17,323 nucleotides of DNA from a candidate division WOR-3 bacterium (GTDB lineage Bacteria > Hydrothermota > Tepidihabitantia > Tepidihabitantales > JAOUPE01), in NCBI GenBank assembly GCA_039801565.1, contig JBDRUX010000052.1, positions 1-17,323 on the forward strand, read 5' to 3'. The number at the start of each line of letters is the position of its first letter. Position 1 is the stretch's first letter. Shown in pieces: positions 16,079 to 17,323 of the stretch. The notes under the pieces are model-generated. The model was not told where the DNA came from. It saw only the letters and a list, made by a program, of their open reading frames with translations, and ran no database searches. The position numbers and the translations under genes are program-made.

Positions 16079-17323
16079 ATGACGAATAAGAAATCGGCAA
16101 AGCCGATTAAAAAAAACAGCAACGATTCGACTTTGTCAAATCAATTATTACAACAAGTCCGTTCAGTAATTGAGCGATATCAAATGATTAGAAAGAATGA
16201 CCGAATCTTAGTTGGGGTTTCAGGCGGCCCCGACTCCGTTTGTTTACTCTCTGTCCTTACGCAACTAAAAGATGATTACCATATTAAATTATATGCTTTT
16301 CATCTTAATCATCAATTGCGTGGCAAAGAATCTGAAGCCGATGCCCGATTTGTCAAAGAACTTTGTCGCCAATTCAAAGTTACTTGTCGGATAAGAAAAT
16401 TTGCCGTAAGTGAATATGCGGAGAAACATAAATTATCCTTAGAGCAAGCAGCCAGAGAAGTGAGGTATCAGCTGTTGGAACAAGAACGGCGGCGGTTTGG
16501 CTGTTCAAAAATCGCCTTGGGTCATAATGCCAATGACAATGTAGAAACTGTTATCTTAAATTTACTACGCGGCAGTGGTTTAGCTGGTCTGTGTGGTATT
16601 CCGCCGGTTCGGGATTATATTATTCGGCCATTGATTGAAACCAAAAGGGAAGAAATTCTAAAATATCTAACCGAAAATCAGATTTTCTACCAGCTCGATT
16701 CGACCAATCTTGACACCAAAATCCCGCGTAATTTCATCCGTATAAAAATAATCCCAGCCCTGAAAAAATTGAATCCCAATCTAATTGAAACAGTAACAAA
16801 AGTTGCGACGATTTTAAGAGACGAAGAATGTTATTTGAATAACTTGGCCGAAAAAATTGTCAAAAAGGTTGTCATCGAACGGTCAAAGCACAGTCTAACT
16901 CTTGACAAAACAAGACTTTTGTCCTATAATTTAGCAATACAGCGGAGAATCTGGAAATCTTTATTGCCCGACCTTGGGTACGATAAGATTGAATTGATAC
17001 GAAAAATGAGCGAAATGAAAACCGTTGGCACAATCCAATTGGGTCCCAAGTTAATTGCCAATTTGGAATATGACCGGATTCACCTTGGGCCACCGACTAT
17101 GCCCGCCCGCAATCGGCAAATTCTTGTGCCAGTTGGTAATTCTTTAGAAATTGAAGATATGGGATTAGTGATTGAAACTAACCTTAAGAATAATGCCGAT
17201 TTAGAAAGAGCAAAAAAGGATTCGAATCTCGAAATCTTCGACTATGAAAAATTGACCCTGCCATTATATTTAAGGTACCGCCAACCTGGGGACCGATTTG
17301 TGTTTGCTCCGGCTAAGACGAAA
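16079..17323 (+). CDS. tilS: tRNA(Ile)-lysidine synthetase, 3' end beyond the window (missing from the ORF track)
   Basis: Manual translation from ATG 16079: ILVGVSGGPDSVCLL, HLNHQLRG, SLEQAAREVRY, GHNANDNVET, RGSG, IIRPL, DSTN, RN.IR, QPGDRF; I saw no in-frame stop before the window end. Confidence 0.95.
   Translation, partial: MTNKKSAKPIKKNSNDSTLSNQLLQQVRSVIERYQMIRKNDRILVGVSGGPDSVCLLSVLTQLKDDYHIKLYAFHLNHQLRGKESEADARFVKELCRQFKVTCRIRKFAVSEYAEKHKLSLEQAAREVRYQLLEQERRRFGCSKIALGHNANDNVETVILNLLRGSGLAGLCGIPPVRDYIIRPLIETKREEILKYLTENQIFYQLDSTNLDTKIPRNFIRIKIIPALKKLNPNLIETVTKVATILRDEECYLNNLAEKIVKKVVIERSKHSLTLDKTRLLSYNLAIQRRIWKSLLPDLGYDKIELIRKMSEMKTVGTIQLGPKLIANLEYDRIHLGPPTMPARNRQILVPVGNSLEIEDMGLVIETNLKNNADLERAKKDSNLEIFDYEKLTLPLYLRYRQPGDRFVFAPAKTK
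16902..16930 (+). promoter_or_regulatory. Perfect-consensus sigma70 promoter inside tilS
   Basis: TTGACA-17 nt-TATAAT. Confidence 0.55.

Noticed and set aside
1743..17093. Numerous short ORFs antisense to or overlapping the main genes in the ORF track
   Set aside because: They are shadow frames of well-supported genes, with no motifs or independent expression signals noticed.

Overview
An AT-rich bacterial chromosomal segment, mostly housekeeping genes. It is probably from an uncultured anaerobic lineage (inferred from gene content and intergenic repeat style; not determinable here). Bases ~1-1400 hold short repeats, an IHF-like site and a decayed, internally deleted IS/transposase remnant with two outward-facing promoter plus hairpin cassettes. 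These are followed by ptsH-ptsI-pgi/pmi-sugar nucleotidyltransferase-tgt (+), an orphan branched-chain amino-acid ABC substrate-binding lipoprotein with a perfect boxA in its leader (+), and a DapF homologue with both catalytic Cys replaced by Ser (-). Next come a DUF355 adenosine-kinase-like gene and a small membrane protein (+), then a UpxY/LoaP-like NusG paralogue, glmM and glmS (all -). The window ends with a class III PLP aminotransferase with a structured leader and a tilS that runs off the window end (+). No rRNA, tRNA or CRISPR array was seen. I found no unambiguous new multi-gene system. The best leads are the Ser/Ser DapF, the antitermination elements (boxA, and a NusG paralogue ahead of glmM-glmS), the structured leaders and the antisense cassettes.
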